Positions 7,101 to 17,183 are shown, numbered from the stretch's first letter. The stretch is 48,567 nucleotides of DNA from Clostridiales bacterium (GCA_009783775.1 WRCT01000001.1:1-48567); one strand, 5' to 3'. The notes: generated by a model from the letters alone, not told the origin. Made by a program: numbers and translations.

Positions 7101-10100
7101 TTATACTGGATAATTCTCCATATCGCAAGAGATAAAACTGTGAAGATATTGTGGCAGTTTTTTGAGAATTTCGAGCGCGTTTTGCTCAGCCGTGTGGATC
7201 TCAATGGCGGGCGGGTCCGTGGCGAGCAGGCGCAGGTTTGCGTCGCGCGCAAGGATCGCGAGCAATTTGCCCCCGTCGGGCTGCGCAGACGCGTCATAGG
7301 TGAGCTTGACCAGCCCCGGCCGCACGCGCACCTCAGCCATTCTCGCCCTGCCCGCCAGCGCGCGCACCAGCGCGCCCAGCATAAGCGCCAGCGCGGGGTC
7401 CGGCGGGTCGCCGTAGCGGTCGATGAACTCACAGAGCAGGTCGTCATAACTCTCCTGCCCGTCGATACCCGCGATCCGCTTGTACATGGCCAGCCGCAGC
7501 AGCTCACTGCCGAAGATCTCGCGGGGCAGGTAGGCATCCGTTTCGATGTCGAGCGTGCTTTCCACGGGCGCGATTTCCTCTTCGCCCTTGGCCTCGCGTA
7601 CCGCCTCGCGCATGAGTTTGACATAGTAGTCATAGCCGATATCCGCGATATGCCCGTGCTGTTCCGCGCCTAAAAGGCTGCCCGCGCCGCGGATCTCCAG
7701 GTCGCGCATAGCCAGCGCAAACCCCGCGCCGAACTGCGTGAACTCACGAATGGCCTGCAGGCGTTTGTTGGCCTGCTCAGACAGGACCCGCGCCTCCTGC
7801 ACCGTGAAATACGCGTAACCCAAACGGTCGCCGCGCCCCACGCGCCCGCGCAGCTGATAGAGCTGGGCCAGGCCCATTTTGTCCGCCTCGAGCACGATCA
7901 GCGTGTTCGCGTTGGGGATATCCACCCCGCTTTCGATGATGGTGGAGGTGAGCAGCACGTCCGTCTCGCGGCCCAAAAAACCAAGCATGGCCTTCTCCAG
8001 CTGCCGTTCATGCATTTGCCCGTGCGCCATGTCGATCCGCGCCTCGGGCACAAGTTTTTTGAGGCGCGCGAGGGTCAGCTCCATGCCCTGCACGCGGTTG
8101 GAGACGACAAAGGCCTGGCCGCCTCTGCCCAGCTCCCGTCGCAGGGCGGTGACCAGGAGTGCGTCGTTGTACTCGGTGACAAAGGTCTGCACCGGATAGC
8201 GCTTGGGCGGCGGCGTCTCCATGAGCGAGATGTCTCGAATGCCCGTCATGGACAGGTTGAGCGTGCGCGGAATCGGCGTGGCGGTCAGTGTCAGCACGTC
8301 CACCGTTTCGCGCAGGGCCTTGATCCGCTCCTTGTGGTTCACGCCGAAACGGTGTTCCTCGTCGATGATCAGCAGACCCAGGTCCTTGAAGTGAATGTGT
8401 TTGCCGAGCAGCGCGTGCGTGCCGATGACCAGGTCCAGCGCGCCGGTCTTGAGCTTGCCCGCCACTTCCTCGCGCTCCTTGGGCGAGAGAAAACGCGACA
8501 ACAGGCCAATCCGAATGGGGAAGTCAGAAAAACGTTCGGTCAGCGTGTTGAAATGCTGCTGCGCCAGAATCGTCGTGGGCACGAGGAAAGCCGCCTGCTT
8601 GCTGTCCTGCACCGCCTTGAACACGGCGCGCAGCGCGACTTCGGTCTTGCCGTAACCCACGTCGCCGCAGAGCAAGCGGTCCATGGGGCGCGGGCTTTCC
8701 ATATCCGCCTTGACGTCGATAATCGCCTGCTTTTGGTCGGGCGTCTCCTCGTAGGGGAAACGCGCCTCAAGCTCACGCTGCCAGTCGTTGTCGGAGGAGA
8801 AGGGAAAACTCTGCCGGCCCGCGCGGGCCGCGTAGAGAGCGGACAGGTCCACGGCCAGTTTTTTGGCCGCCCCGCGCGCGCGGTTCACGCGGCTCTGCCA
8901 CTCGCCCCCGCCCAGCTTGGAAAGCTGGGGTTCGACACCCTCTCCCCCGCCGATGTATTTTTGGACGCGGCTCAACTGGTCGGTGGGGATATACAGCTTA
9001 TCCGTGCCGCGATAGGCCAAAAGCAGATAGTCGCGGCTGGCGCCCAAAGCCGTAACCTGCTCGATGCCCACAAAGCGGCCGATACCGTGCGCCTCGTGCA
9101 CGACAAAGTCGCCCGGTGTCAGATCGGCCACGCGCGTCCCGCCCGTTTTTTTGGCGGTCGGTTTGGTGAATTTTTTATAGAAGAGTTCCGCTTGCGTGAG
9201 CACGGTCAGGCGGGTCTCGGGAAAGACAAAACCGCAGGGCAGGTTCTGACCCAGCACCAGAATCTCGCCGCGCACGGGCGGACGGGTCAGCGTCTCGGCC
9301 CAGCCGTGGGGCACATCTTCCATGGCGAACAAGTCGCGGATACGTCCCGCAGCCTCGCCCGCATAGATCACCACGGCGTCGCCATGCGCCTTGCTCCGGT
9401 GCGCCTCATTTGCCAGCGCGGTCAGATCGCCCAGGTGCTGCGGCGCGGCGTGGGCGTCGAAACGCACCTGCGTCGGGTGGGAGAATGCGGGGCTGGCGCG
9501 AAAGAGGGAATAGAGCGCGGCGGCGGTTTTCCCGCCCAGCGCGGGGGCAATATCCGACCCGTCCCCCAGCAGTTCGGCCTGGGCAGGGTGTCCCTCGCCC
9601 CGCTCCAACATGGACGCCACAGTCTCGAGAAAGAGCGTTGCGGCGGTCGCGGCCTCGTCCAGTACGCGCTGCGGCTCGGCGCAGAGCAGGAAGGTCTCGT
9701 CGGGCAGGTAGGAGAACAGGGAATCGGTTTTTGCATACAGCAGTGGCAGCAGCACATCCGCGCCCACGCTGGGAAGGCCCTGCTCCCAGGCCTCGCGCTG
9801 GAAGGCGAAGCCCTCCGCCTCGCCAAGTGCGGCAAGGGCGCGGTCTATGGCCTCTCTTGGCTGCGGGGTTTCAAAAGCGGGCGGCAACAGGACCGCGTCC
9901 GACACCGCCACGGCGCGCTGGGTTTGGGGGTCAAAGCTGCGGATTTGGTCAATCTCGTCCCCGAAGAATTCCAGGCGGACGGGCAGGCTTTCCTGCGGCG
10001 GGAAGATATCCAGAATATCGCCGCGCATGGCGCATTGTCCGCGCCCCTCGACCAGCGCCACGCGCTCGTAACCCGCCGCGATCAATTGGGCCAGCAGGGC

Positions 10101-10568
10101 GCGGGGGTCCTGCGTCTGGCCCAAGCGCGCGCTTTGCTGCATGGCCAGGAACGCGTCCTTGGGCGCCAGCCGTTCGGGCAGAGCAGCCGCGCAGGTGACA
10201 AACAGGGTGGGGATCGAAAGCGCCAGCCGCGACAGGGTCGAGAGCCGCGCGGCCCGACGCTCGGCGGACACGGCCGCCACATGAGTTAAAGGCAGATCGC
10301 GCGGCAGAAAAAGCTGCGCCTCGGGCACATAGGCCAGCAGCTCCTCGTGGATACGGGCCGCCTCGCGCTCGGTGGGGGTGATGTACACCAAAGAGTGGAC
10401 AGTAGGGCGGGGGCTTGCTCCCGCCGTTTCATACAAAGCTGCCAGCACCGGCGCGCGGGCGGGCTCGGGCAGGCCGAATACAGCCGTCGGGCCGCGCTGA
10501 TTGCGCAGCGCGTCCAGCAGCCCGCGATAGGCGGAGTCGGAGGTAATGCCGTGTAATATGGGGTTCAT
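7101..10568 (-). CDS. mfd: transcription-repair coupling factor Mfd
   Basis: 1155 aa. Motifs: [31 protein letters not shown] and QLRGRVGR. Overlaps the pth stop. Confidence 0.95.
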   Translation of the reverse strand: MNPILHGITSDSAYRGLLDALRNQRGPTAVFGLPEPARAPVLAALYETAGASPRPTVHSLVYITPTEREAARIHEELLAYVPEAQLFLPRDLPLTHVAAVSAERRAARLSTLSRLALSIPTLFVTCAAALPERLAPKDAFLAMQQSARLGQTQDPRALLAQLIAAGYERVALVEGRGQCAMRGDILDIFPPQESLPVRLEFFGDEIDQIRSFDPQTQRAVAVSDAVLLPPAFETPQPREAIDRALAALGEAEGFAFQREAWEQGLPSVGADVLLPLLYAKTDSLFSYLPDETFLLCAEPQRVLDEAATAATLFLETVASMLERGEGHPAQAELLGDGSDIAPALGGKTAAALYSLFRASPAFSHPTQVRFDAHAAPQHLGDLTALANEAHRSKAHGDAVVIYAGEAAGRIRDLFAMEDVPHGWAETLTRPPVRGEILVLGQNLPCGFVFPETRLTVLTQAELFYKKFTKPTAKKTGGTRVADLTPGDFVVHEAHGIGRFVGIEQVTALGASRDYLLLAYRGTDKLYIPTDQLSRVQKYIGGGEGVEPQLSKLGGGEWQSRVNRARGAAKKLAVDLSALYAARAGRQSFPFSSDNDWQRELEARFPYEETPDQKQAIIDVKADMESPRPMDRLLCGDVGYGKTEVALRAVFKAVQDSKQAAFLVPTTILAQQHFNTLTERFSDFPIRIGLLSRFLSPKEREEVAGKLKTGALDLVIGTHALLGKHIHFKDLGLLIIDEEHRFGVNHKERIKALRETVDVLTLTATPIPRTLNLSMTGIRDISLMETPPPKRYPVQTFVTEYNDALLVTALRRELGRGGQAFVVSNRVQGMELTLARLKKLVPEARIDMAHGQMHERQLEKAMLGFLGRETDVLLTSTIIESGVDIPNANTLIVLEADKMGLAQLYQLRGRVGRGDRLGYAYFTVQEARVLSEQANKRLQAIREFTQFGAGFALAMRDLEIRGAGSLLGAEQHGHIADIGYDYYVKLMREAVREAKGEEEIAPVESTLDIETDAYLPREIFGSELLRLAMYKRIAGIDGQESYDDLLCEFIDRYGDPPDPALALMLGALVRALAGRARMAEVRVRPGLVKLTYDASAQPDGGKLLAILARDANLRLLATDPPAIEIHTAEQNALEILKKLPQYLHSFISCDMENYPV

Positions 10569-11125
10569 TTGCTGTTGAATTTGGCCTGGGCGGCGTCCAG
10601 CTTGCCCGCGAGAATCAGGGTCACGGCCTCGGCCGCGCGATCATAGGTCGTGGCGAGAATCTTTTGCTCGTCCTTGCCGGGGCGTTTTAAGACATAGTCG
10701 CGCAGCTGCAGGGAGGTATCCTGCCCGACGCCGATGCGCACGCGCGGGAAGTTCTCCGTGCCCAGGTGGGCCAGAATACTGCGCATACCGTTGTGTGAGC
10801 CGCCGGAGCCATGGCCGCGCACGCGCAGCGCGCCCACGGGCAGGGCCACGTCGTCATAGAGCACGATCAGATTTTCCGGCGGAATCTGATAGTAGCGCAG
10901 GGCCTGGCCGACCGCGTCGCCGCTGAGGTTCATATAGGTTTGGGGCTTGAGCAACAGCACCTTTTTTCCGTCGACGGTGCCCTCGCCCGTTAAGGAAGAA
11001 AACTGTTTTTTCTTTATGGAGATACGCGCCAACTCCGCGAGTTTGTCCAACGCCAAAAAACCCGCGTTGTGGCGGGTTTTGCGATAAGAGAGGCCGGGGT
11101 TGCCAAGTCCAACAATGAGATACAT
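10565..11125 (-). CDS. pth: peptidyl-tRNA hydrolase
   Basis: MYLIVGLGNPG ... TRHNAGF ... GHGSGGSHNGMRSI is canonical Pth. Confidence 0.95.
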   Translation of the reverse strand: MYLIVGLGNPGLSYRKTRHNAGFLALDKLAELARISIKKKQFSSLTGEGTVDGKKVLLLKPQTYMNLSGDAVGQALRYYQIPPENLIVLYDDVALPVGALRVRGHGSGGSHNGMRSILAHLGTENFPRVRIGVGQDTSLQLRDYVLKRPGKDEQKILATTYDRAAEAVTLILAGKLDAAQAKFNSK

Positions 11126-11137
11126 TTATAATACTAA

Positions 11138-11284
11138 TCCCCCATTAAAACATTGTATCTTGGCGGCCTTTTTTGCCGCCAGCTTTGTCGCCGTCGTTCA
11201 ACGTAGGCCGCCTGCTACGTATCGCTCCTGCTCCGTGCTGGCGGCAAAAAATCCTCACCAATCTCCTAATGCCTTAATGGGAGA
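11138..11284 (-). mobile_element. 145-bp TIR (MITE-like) element, copy B (inverted relative to copy A)
   Basis: The reverse complement aligns with 6932-7076 along its whole length. Its own TIR is CCCATTAAAACATT / AATGCCTTAATGGG. Confidence 0.8.
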
Positions 11285-11291
11285 CTAGTAT

Positions 11292-11774
11292 TCAATGCTC
11301 CATGCGCCGCATTTGGCGGTAGCGTCTGCGCTCCGCCATACGCAAGGCGGTGTCCTCGGGGTTCTCGCCCAGGTAGGTGAGCATATCCTCCACCTGCATG
11401 AGCTTGGAGGCGATTCGGGCGTTGCGGGAAATGGAAATGACATAGATCGCCAGTGCCACCAGCCCGAACAGGAGGGTGACGACGATCATCAGCTCGAAGA
11501 AGGTGGGCGGCCGGTCGCTCATGGTGATACCCGAGATGACGGAGAGCAGGGTATTCGTTTCGGCGTCGGTAACGGATTTTGTCAGCGCCATGGCAAAACC
11601 CATCATCACGCCCCAGAGCAACAAAATGCCGAAGGCGTAGAGGGAGACGCGGTCGCGCCGCTTTTGCCGCGTCTTGTTTTGGCGCGCCAGTTTCTGCCGC
11701 AGCTCAAAACGCTGCTGCTTTAGATACAACTCCCGCTCTTTTTCGTCCAGTTGTTCGTAATGGGCTTTGTTCAA
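11292..11774 (-). CDS. hypothetical membrane protein (basic coiled N-terminus, 2-3 TM)
   Basis: 160 aa. TTG start with GGAGGA 5 nt upstream. Has its own promoter. No family recognised. Confidence 0.5.
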   Translation of the reverse strand: MNKAHYEQLDEKERELYLKQQRFELRQKLARQNKTRQKRRDRVSLYAFGILLLWGVMMGFAMALTKSVTDAETNTLLSVISGITMSDRPPTFFELMIVVTLLFGLVALAIYVISISRNARIASKLMQVEDMLTYLGENPEDTALRMAERRRYRQMRRMEH

Positions 11775-11832
11775 ACAAATCCTCCGCGGAGATTTTCATT
11801 GGCAGCCAATAGTATATCCCCGCACTTTTTCC

Positions 11833-11861
11833 AGTATAACAGCGCCGCGCGCAAAGGTCAA
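11833..11861 (-). promoter_or_regulatory. sigma-A type promoter
   Basis: Minus strand: TTGACC, 17-nt spacer, TATACT. About 60 nt upstream of the 11774 start. Confidence 0.55.
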
Positions 11862-11909
11862 TAACGGTCAGCCCATGAGAGTGGTCAATGTGCGTTGTTT
11901 ATACCCATA

Positions 11910-12108
11910 CGTCATTGCGGACTTGATCCGCAATCTCAGTTAGTATTGGGATTGCGGGTCAAGCCCGCAATGGGAATCGCTGATTAACGCAATTCCCGCG
12001 TAGGGGCGGCTATTAGCCGCCCGCGAAACCGCCTGTTTACGCACGTTATGCGGGCGATTGATAATCGCCCCTACGCGAACGGGTACTTAATCAGCGATTC
12101 CAATGACG
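11910..12108. repeat. 199-bp nested composite palindrome built from REP-like and GTAGGGGCG units
   Basis: Outer pair CGTCATTG / CAATGACG. 15-bp inverted repeat GGAATCGCTGATTAA (11973-11987) / TTAATCAGCGATTCC (12087-12101). REP units at 11910-11937 and 11948-11974. GTAGGGGCG units at 12000-12022 and 12052-12074. Confidence 0.85.
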
Positions 12109-12141
12109 AAAACAACGCAATTTGTCCACTCCCTCAGCCCA

Positions 12142-12390
12142 TCACGCGAGAAAAGCGAGCCAGCCCAATATCGTCTGGGCAAACGCGCCGATCAGGCAGG
12201 CGCCGGCCACGGCCAAGATCAGGGTCATCCAAAGCATGGCGCGGCCATAGTTGCGCTTGCTTTTCGTCTGCGCGCCGAACGCCCAAACGAAGAGCATGAT
12301 GATGTTCACAACGGGAATCAGCGTCAGAAAAAACGTGCCAATCCAATTGCCTACGGATACCGCTTTTTCACTTTCATAATATTCAGCCAT
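12142..12390 (-). CDS. hypothetical small membrane protein (2 TM)
   Basis: 82 aa. GGAGGA RBS 7 nt upstream of the ATG. Two hydrophobic spans. Confidence 0.5.
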   Translation of the reverse strand: MAEYYESEKAVSVGNWIGTFFLTLIPVVNIIMLFVWAFGAQTKSKRNYGRAMLWMTLILAVAGACLIGAFAQTILGWLAFLA

Positions 12391-12430
12391 GATAGTTCCT
12401 CCTGTTTTTTATGTTGCGCTCTCCTTCCGT

Positions 12431-12458
12431 GAGATTGCGGATCAAGTCCGCAATGACG
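12431..12458. repeat. REP-like hairpin unit
   Basis: GAGATTGCGGA-tcaag-TCCGCAATGACG, between two minus-strand genes. Confidence 0.85.
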
Positions 12459-12466
12459 TCAGCGCG

Positions 12467-15400
12467 TTATTGTGGTTTGTCGTCGGTGTAGATGCCCGTT
12501 AAGGCGGACTTGGGCACATAGCCGATTTGGCTGGTCTCCAGCACGCGGACCTTGTACCAGTCGCCCGTTTCGGCAATGATGCCCACGTTTTGCCCGACGG
12601 TCAGCAGGCAGAGGCTCGCGCTGCCGGCGGAGGCCGTAGCGCGCAGGACGGCAAAGTTCGTCTGCACCGCGCCGTAGGCGACAATGCGGTCGCCCGCCAG
12701 GGTGATCAGATTGTGGAACACATAACCCGTCTGGCCCTTGTCCGCGCCCGAAGTTACGGTGACGCGGTACCAATCGCCGATCTTTTCATGGACGTCCAGC
12801 TCGGTCCGCCGCTCCAGGCTGGCCAGGGCGGCGCCTTGGGTCGAGGGCCCGGGGCGCAGGTTGACATAGGACGCGGGAATCGTGGCCGTGGTGGTTAACC
12901 CCTCCGGCCACGGTTTGCCCGTGGGCGCGGGCGCGCCCAGGCCCGTTAAGGCGTCGGCGGGCACAAAGCCCTCCCAGCCCAGGGACAGCACGCGGATTTT
13001 ACAATAGCCGCCCGTGGTGGACAGCACGCCCACCTGCGTGCCCGCGGCAAGACTTAAAGCCGCGCCGTTATGGAGCAGCGCGGGGAAGTTCTGCCCCGCT
13101 CCGCTGCGCACCGTCACCGTGCTTGCCGTGGTGGCAAAGAGCACGACGGGCGTATTCGTCAATGAAATGACGGAGTTTTGCACAAAGCCGGTCAGGCCCG
13201 CGTACGCGCCGGACATACCCTGCACCTTGTGCCAGCCGGCCGGCGTGTTCATTTCCAGCACATAGAGCGGGATATCCCGCCCCATCTTGACGATGAGCGC
13301 GGAGGTGGTCGAGGCCGTGGTGTAGAGATTGGAGGAAGAGCTTGTCGTGACCGCTTGGGCGCGCACGCCTTCCGGCACGGGCACGACCGCCTGGGCGGGT
13401 GCGCTCGGCGCGGTGTCCACGTTGTACAGAAGGTTGATATACTCTTTGAGGATAAAGCCCTCCAGCCCGTTGCTGTACAGGCGGACCTTGTACCAGTCGC
13501 CGCTTTGCGACAGGATCCCGACCAGCTCGTAGCGTGTATTCAGCGTAGCCAGCAGCGTCGCGCTGTGCGCGGCCGTCGCGCGCAGGGGCGCGGGCGCGGG
13601 GTTGATCTCGCCGAAGGCCGCCAGGCGCGTGTTCGTCAGGGTGACGCCGGACGCCAGGCAATAGCCGATGACCGGCGGGGTGGTTTGGGTCTGCACCCTG
13701 TACCAGATCGTGCTGCCCTCCGTCACCTTTTCAAAGACGAAGAGCGCTTGATTGCGGGTCAATGTGCTGAGGATATTGTGCGTCGCGGCGGTGGGAGAGG
13801 TCCCCACCACGAGCGGCGCGCTGCGCAGATAGACCGTCGCGGCGTTCACCGAGCCCAGGGCCGTGGTAAAGTCGGGCGCGGTCTGGACACCGGGCGCGGG
13901 TGTTGCGCCGGGGACGAGCGTGGCGCCGGGGACGGGCGGCGGCGTGGCGCCCGGCAGGTAGGGAGAGACGTCCGCGTCCACGGCGACGAGGGAGGCCGCG
14001 TCAAAGAAAATCTTTTGAACATACCCGACCGTCGCCGCGCTTGACAGCAGACGCACCTTGTACCAGTCGCCGCTTTGGGCCAGGATCCCGACCTTTGTGC
14101 CGGCGGGGATCAACACCAGCTCCGTGCCGGTCGCCGAGGCGGTCGGCATAAGCGGCGCGGCGATTAAAATATCCGACCGGATCGTGCCGTAATAGGTCAG
14201 GCGGTCTGTTCCCATGGTGACGTAGGAGGGGGAATCGGAGATCCAGCCCCGCTCGCCGGTGGTCTTGACCTGCACATAGTACCAGTTGTTGTAGCGCACA
14301 AAGAGATAGACCACCGTGCCCTTGGTCAGCGGTTTGATGATCTTGTGCTGTGTGCCGGGTCCCTCACGCAGATTTAAGATGCTCGCGTTGATGGTGCCCC
14401 AGGCGGTCATGCCGTCCGCGCCCGTAGGTTCCGCCGGAGGCGCGGGCGTGGCCGTCGGCGCGGGGGTCGGCGTGGCCGTCACTGCGGGGATCGGCGTGGG
14501 CGTGGCGGCGCCGGTGCGCGTCACATAGGGGTCCGAAACCCAGCCCTGCTTGCCAGTGGACAGCACGATAACATAGTTCCAGACGCCGGTCTTGCGCGAT
14601 TCATAGATGCCCACCTGGGTATTCTTGGCCAGTTTGGCCATGCTGGTATAGTTGGTGCCGGGCCCCTCGCGGAAGTTTACGTCCGTCGCGTTGATGAAAC
14701 CGTACGCGCTGAAGACCGGCTCCGGCGTGGACGCGGGTGTCGGCGTCGGCGTGGCCGTCGGCGTGGGAGAAGGGGTCATACCCGTAGGCGTCGGCGTGGC
14801 CGTGGGCCTGGGCGTGGCGTTCGGGTCCGGCGTTGCGGGCGGCAGGGTGTCAATATCGACCAAAAAGCGCAGGATAGCCGCCGCGTCCGCCGCGGAGACG
14901 GGGGCCGTGCCTCTTGTCACCTTGGCGTTGACCAGGGGCAGGCCGCCCAAATCACTCAGCTGCACCAGCCAGCGCAGAATCAGCGCGGCGTCCGCCGCCG
15001 TAACCCTTCCGTCGCAGTTGACGTCGCCCAAAAGCGACGGGCTGCCGTCCGGACGGACCGTGGGAAAGGGCGTGGGCGTCGGGGTGGGGGACGGGCTGGG
15101 ACTGGGCGTCGGGCTGGCCGTGGGAACCGGACTGGCCGTCAGGGTCGGGCTGGGGGTCGGGCTGGCCGTGGGGACAGACGTCGGGCCGGGCGTCGAGGGC
15201 GTGCCGGTATAGGAGGCGGTTTTTATGCCGTTCCAGGTTGCGCCGCCGACCGGCCAATGGGCTGCCTGGCTTGAAAGAAAATACAGGGTCAGGTCGGGAC
15301 TGGTGCCGGTAAGCGCAAGGAAACCCAGCGTGGGCGGCCTGCCTTCAAAATAAATCGCGTAAAGATTTTCGCAGTAATAAAACGCATATTCATCAAAGCG

Positions 15401-15733
15401 GATGGTGGTGCTTTGAATGGTTACGACGGACAGATTTGCGCAGCCATTAAACGCCCGATCTCCAATGGTTGTCACAGTGCCGGGAATCGTCACGCCGGTC
15501 AATTCGGGTTTGCCGGAAAACACGTCGTTCCCAATGGCGGTCACAGGGCTGCCGCCGAGTGTAGCGGGTATCGTTACCTGCGCCGCGGTGCCGGTGTATT
15601 TTGTGATGGTAGCCGCGCCGGAGTTTACGACATACTCAAAGTCTCCGCTTGTCGCGGCCAGGGCCAGAGCGGGCAGGATCGCCAAACACATGACAATCGC
15701 CAAAGCCAATGCTAAAATTCGTTTCATTTTCAA
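12467..15733 (-). CDS. large secreted surface protein: BspA-type LRR + dockerin-like module + nine SH3b-like repeats
   Basis: Signal peptide ending ALALA. LRR_5-like N-terminus. DVNCDGRVTAADAALILRWLV is a calcium-loop motif. P/T-rich linkers. Nine repeats with the pattern G.INA..(V/L)N.R.GP ... W(Y)KV ... GYV. Confidence 0.8.
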   Translation of the reverse strand: MKMKRILALALAIVMCLAILPALALAATSGDFEYVVNSGAATITKYTGTAAQVTIPATLGGSPVTAIGNDVFSGKPELTGVTIPGTVTTIGDRAFNGCANLSVVTIQSTTIRFDEYAFYYCENLYAIYFEGRPPTLGFLALTGTSPDLTLYFLSSQAAHWPVGGATWNGIKTASYTGTPSTPGPTSVPTASPTPSPTLTASPVPTASPTPSPSPSPTPTPTPFPTVRPDGSPSLLGDVNCDGRVTAADAALILRWLVQLSDLGGLPLVNAKVTRGTAPVSAADAAAILRFLVDIDTLPPATPDPNATPRPTATPTPTGMTPSPTPTATPTPTPASTPEPVFSAYGFINATDVNFREGPGTNYTSMAKLAKNTQVGIYESRKTGVWNYVIVLSTGKQGWVSDPYVTRTGAATPTPIPAVTATPTPAPTATPAPPAEPTGADGMTAWGTINASILNLREGPGTQHKIIKPLTKGTVVYLFVRYNNWYYVQVKTTGERGWISDSPSYVTMGTDRLTYYGTIRSDILIAAPLMPTASATGTELVLIPAGTKVGILAQSGDWYKVRLLSSAATVGYVQKIFFDAASLVAVDADVSPYLPGATPPPVPGATLVPGATPAPGVQTAPDFTTALGSVNAATVYLRSAPLVVGTSPTAATHNILSTLTRNQALFVFEKVTEGSTIWYRVQTQTTPPVIGYCLASGVTLTNTRLAAFGEINPAPAPLRATAAHSATLLATLNTRYELVGILSQSGDWYKVRLYSNGLEGFILKEYINLLYNVDTAPSAPAQAVVPVPEGVRAQAVTTSSSSNLYTTASTTSALIVKMGRDIPLYVLEMNTPAGWHKVQGMSGAYAGLTGFVQNSVISLTNTPVVLFATTASTVTVRSGAGQNFPALLHNGAALSLAAGTQVGVLSTTGGYCKIRVLSLGWEGFVPADALTGLGAPAPTGKPWPEGLTTTATIPASYVNLRPGPSTQGAALASLERRTELDVHEKIGDWYRVTVTSGADKGQTGYVFHNLITLAGDRIVAYGAVQTNFAVLRATASAGSASLCLLTVGQNVGIIAETGDWYKVRVLETSQIGYVPKSALTGIYTDDKPQ

Positions 15734-15831
15734 AAGTCTCCTAAATTATTTTCAGGTCACTTGGAAAGTATGTATGTTCACAGTATTATGTAATTGTATA
15801 TTTTAATACAAAAGATGGTTGATTGTCAATA

Positions 15832-15860
15832 TTGTCAACAGGATTTGCTTGTGGTAAACT
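15832..15860 (+). promoter_or_regulatory. promoter giving a near-leaderless mRNA
   Basis: TTGTCA, 17-nt spacer, TAAACT. The ATG at 15870 is 9 nt after the -10. No SD. Confidence 0.45.
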
Positions 15861-15869
15861 GTTTTTAAT

Positions 15870-17180
15870 ATGTCGAAACAAGTCAATAAAAGAAAAAGAA
15901 TCAAGGGAAAGCGACTGCCCGCGAAACCGCTGCGCCCGCTTTTGGAGAGCATACTGGTCTTTTGGCGCGGTAAGCTGAGGACAAAATACGGTCTGACGGT
16001 GGACCGCGAGGCCCTGCGCGGCGTGAAACCGCCCTTTATTGTGGTGTTCAACCATGTGGGCGATGACGACCAGTTTGTCGCGGGCACCGCGCTGCACCCC
16101 GTTATGCCCAACTACATGATGTCCAACTGGGCGGAGCACAGCTTTCCGCTGGCGCCGCTGTCGAAAGTGGCCGGCGCGATCCACAAGATCCGTTTCGTGC
16201 CGGACGTGCGCGCGGTCATGGCGGCCAAGCGCGTGCTCAAGGAACGCGGCGGCGTGGTCGGCGTCGCGCCCGCAGCCAGCTATTCCATCGACGGCACGCC
16301 CAGCTATTTCGACTACGGCATCGCAAAGTTCTGCAAGATGTTCAAGGTGCCCGTGTTCGCCCTGCGCATGGACGGGCTGTATTTCTTCCACAACCGCTTT
16401 TCGGGGCGGCAGCTCTGCAGGCTGCACGGCGCGGTGACCCGCGTGTTTGACGGGCCGGAACTTAAGGACATGGCGACCGAAGAGGTTTACAAACGCCTGT
16501 ACGAGGCCTGCGATTTCAACGACTTTCAATACCAGCGCCGCGTGATGGCGCCCGTGATCGCCAAAGACGACAACCTGGCCGAGGGCATGGAGTATGTGGC
16601 CTATCGCTGCCTGCGCTGCGGGGCCGAGTTCCAAACCGAGGGCAAGGGCAATGTTTTAACTTGCTCAGCCTGCGGCAACGCCCTGCGCGTGAACCGATAT
16701 TATTTCTTCGAGCCCCATTCCTCGCCCTGCGCCTGGGTGGAGGAGCTGAACCAATGGACGCAGTTCCAGCGGCAGCTGGTGGCCGAAGAGATCGAAAAAG
16801 AGGATTTTCATATCAGCTGCGACTGCGCGCTCTATCGGTTTACCGAGGGCAAGAAATACGGCGTGACGCGTTACGGGCGGGGCAGACTGCGCCTGGACGC
16901 CTCGGGCTTTACCTATACCGGCACGGACAAGGACGCGGGCGTAACCTATCATCACCCTCTGGCGGACACCTATTATGTGGGCAACGACACCCGCGTGTAT
17001 CTGAGCGTGGACACGCCCAAGCGCAGCTATCAGTACCGGCTGGACAATATGAAGATGGGCGCGAAATACCTGCTGGCCCTAACCGCGCTGCGGGAGAAAT
17101 ACCATCCCTACTTCCCCGACGAGGCGGAGTGGCGGCGGGGGCTGGTTACGAATACCGAATTTACAATTCATAATTCATAA
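15870..17180 (+). CDS. PlsC/LPLAT-family acyltransferase-like protein with C-terminal zinc-ribbon region
   Basis: Motif FNHVGDDD (HX4D block). GVAPAASYSIDG block. CLRCG..CSACG pair. The stop TAA lies in the heptads ATAATTC ATAATTT. Confidence 0.6.
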   Translation: MSKQVNKRKRIKGKRLPAKPLRPLLESILVFWRGKLRTKYGLTVDREALRGVKPPFIVVFNHVGDDDQFVAGTALHPVMPNYMMSNWAEHSFPLAPLSKVAGAIHKIRFVPDVRAVMAAKRVLKERGGVVGVAPAASYSIDGTPSYFDYGIAKFCKMFKVPVFALRMDGLYFFHNRFSGRQLCRLHGAVTRVFDGPELKDMATEEVYKRLYEACDFNDFQYQRRVMAPVIAKDDNLAEGMEYVAYRCLRCGAEFQTEGKGNVLTCSACGNALRVNRYYFFEPHSSPCAWVEELNQWTQFQRQLVAEEIEKEDFHISCDCALYRFTEGKKYGVTRYGRGRLRLDASGFTYTGTDKDAGVTYHHPLADTYYVGNDTRVYLSVDTPKRSYQYRLDNMKMGAKYLLALTALREKYHPYFPDEAEWRRGLVTNTEFTIHNS

Positions 17181-17183
17181 TTT
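17163..17183. repeat. heptad array (ACAATTC ATAATTC ATAATTT)
   Basis: Three 7-bp units overlapping the last codons and stop of the acyltransferase gene, followed by an A/T-tract hairpin. Confidence 0.7.

Noticed and set aside
8010-10289. A 759-aa plus-strand ORF, together with many other long ORFs antisense to confident genes (for example 5502-6395, 15786-16634, 28261-29352, 29628-30827, 31185-32618, 34726-35742, 37733-39280, 40111-41106, 47065-48540).
   Set aside because: These are typical high-GC antisense open frames. Their translations are Arg/Gly/Ala/Pro-rich and low in complexity, with no motifs. Each fully overlaps a gene that has clear family signatures on the other strand.
6932-11284. 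A composite transposon carrying pth-mfd.
   Set aside because: There is no transposase or recombinase between or next to the two 145-bp copies. The enclosed genes are universal housekeeping genes in their usual order. The pair is kept only as an inversion or RNA-pairing curiosity.
12048-12432. Plus-strand ORFs 12048-12299 and 12103-12432.
   Set aside because: They begin inside the composite palindrome and run antisense to the 82-aa membrane-protein gene, which has a strong GGAGGA RBS. Their translations are Arg/Ser-rich and low in complexity.
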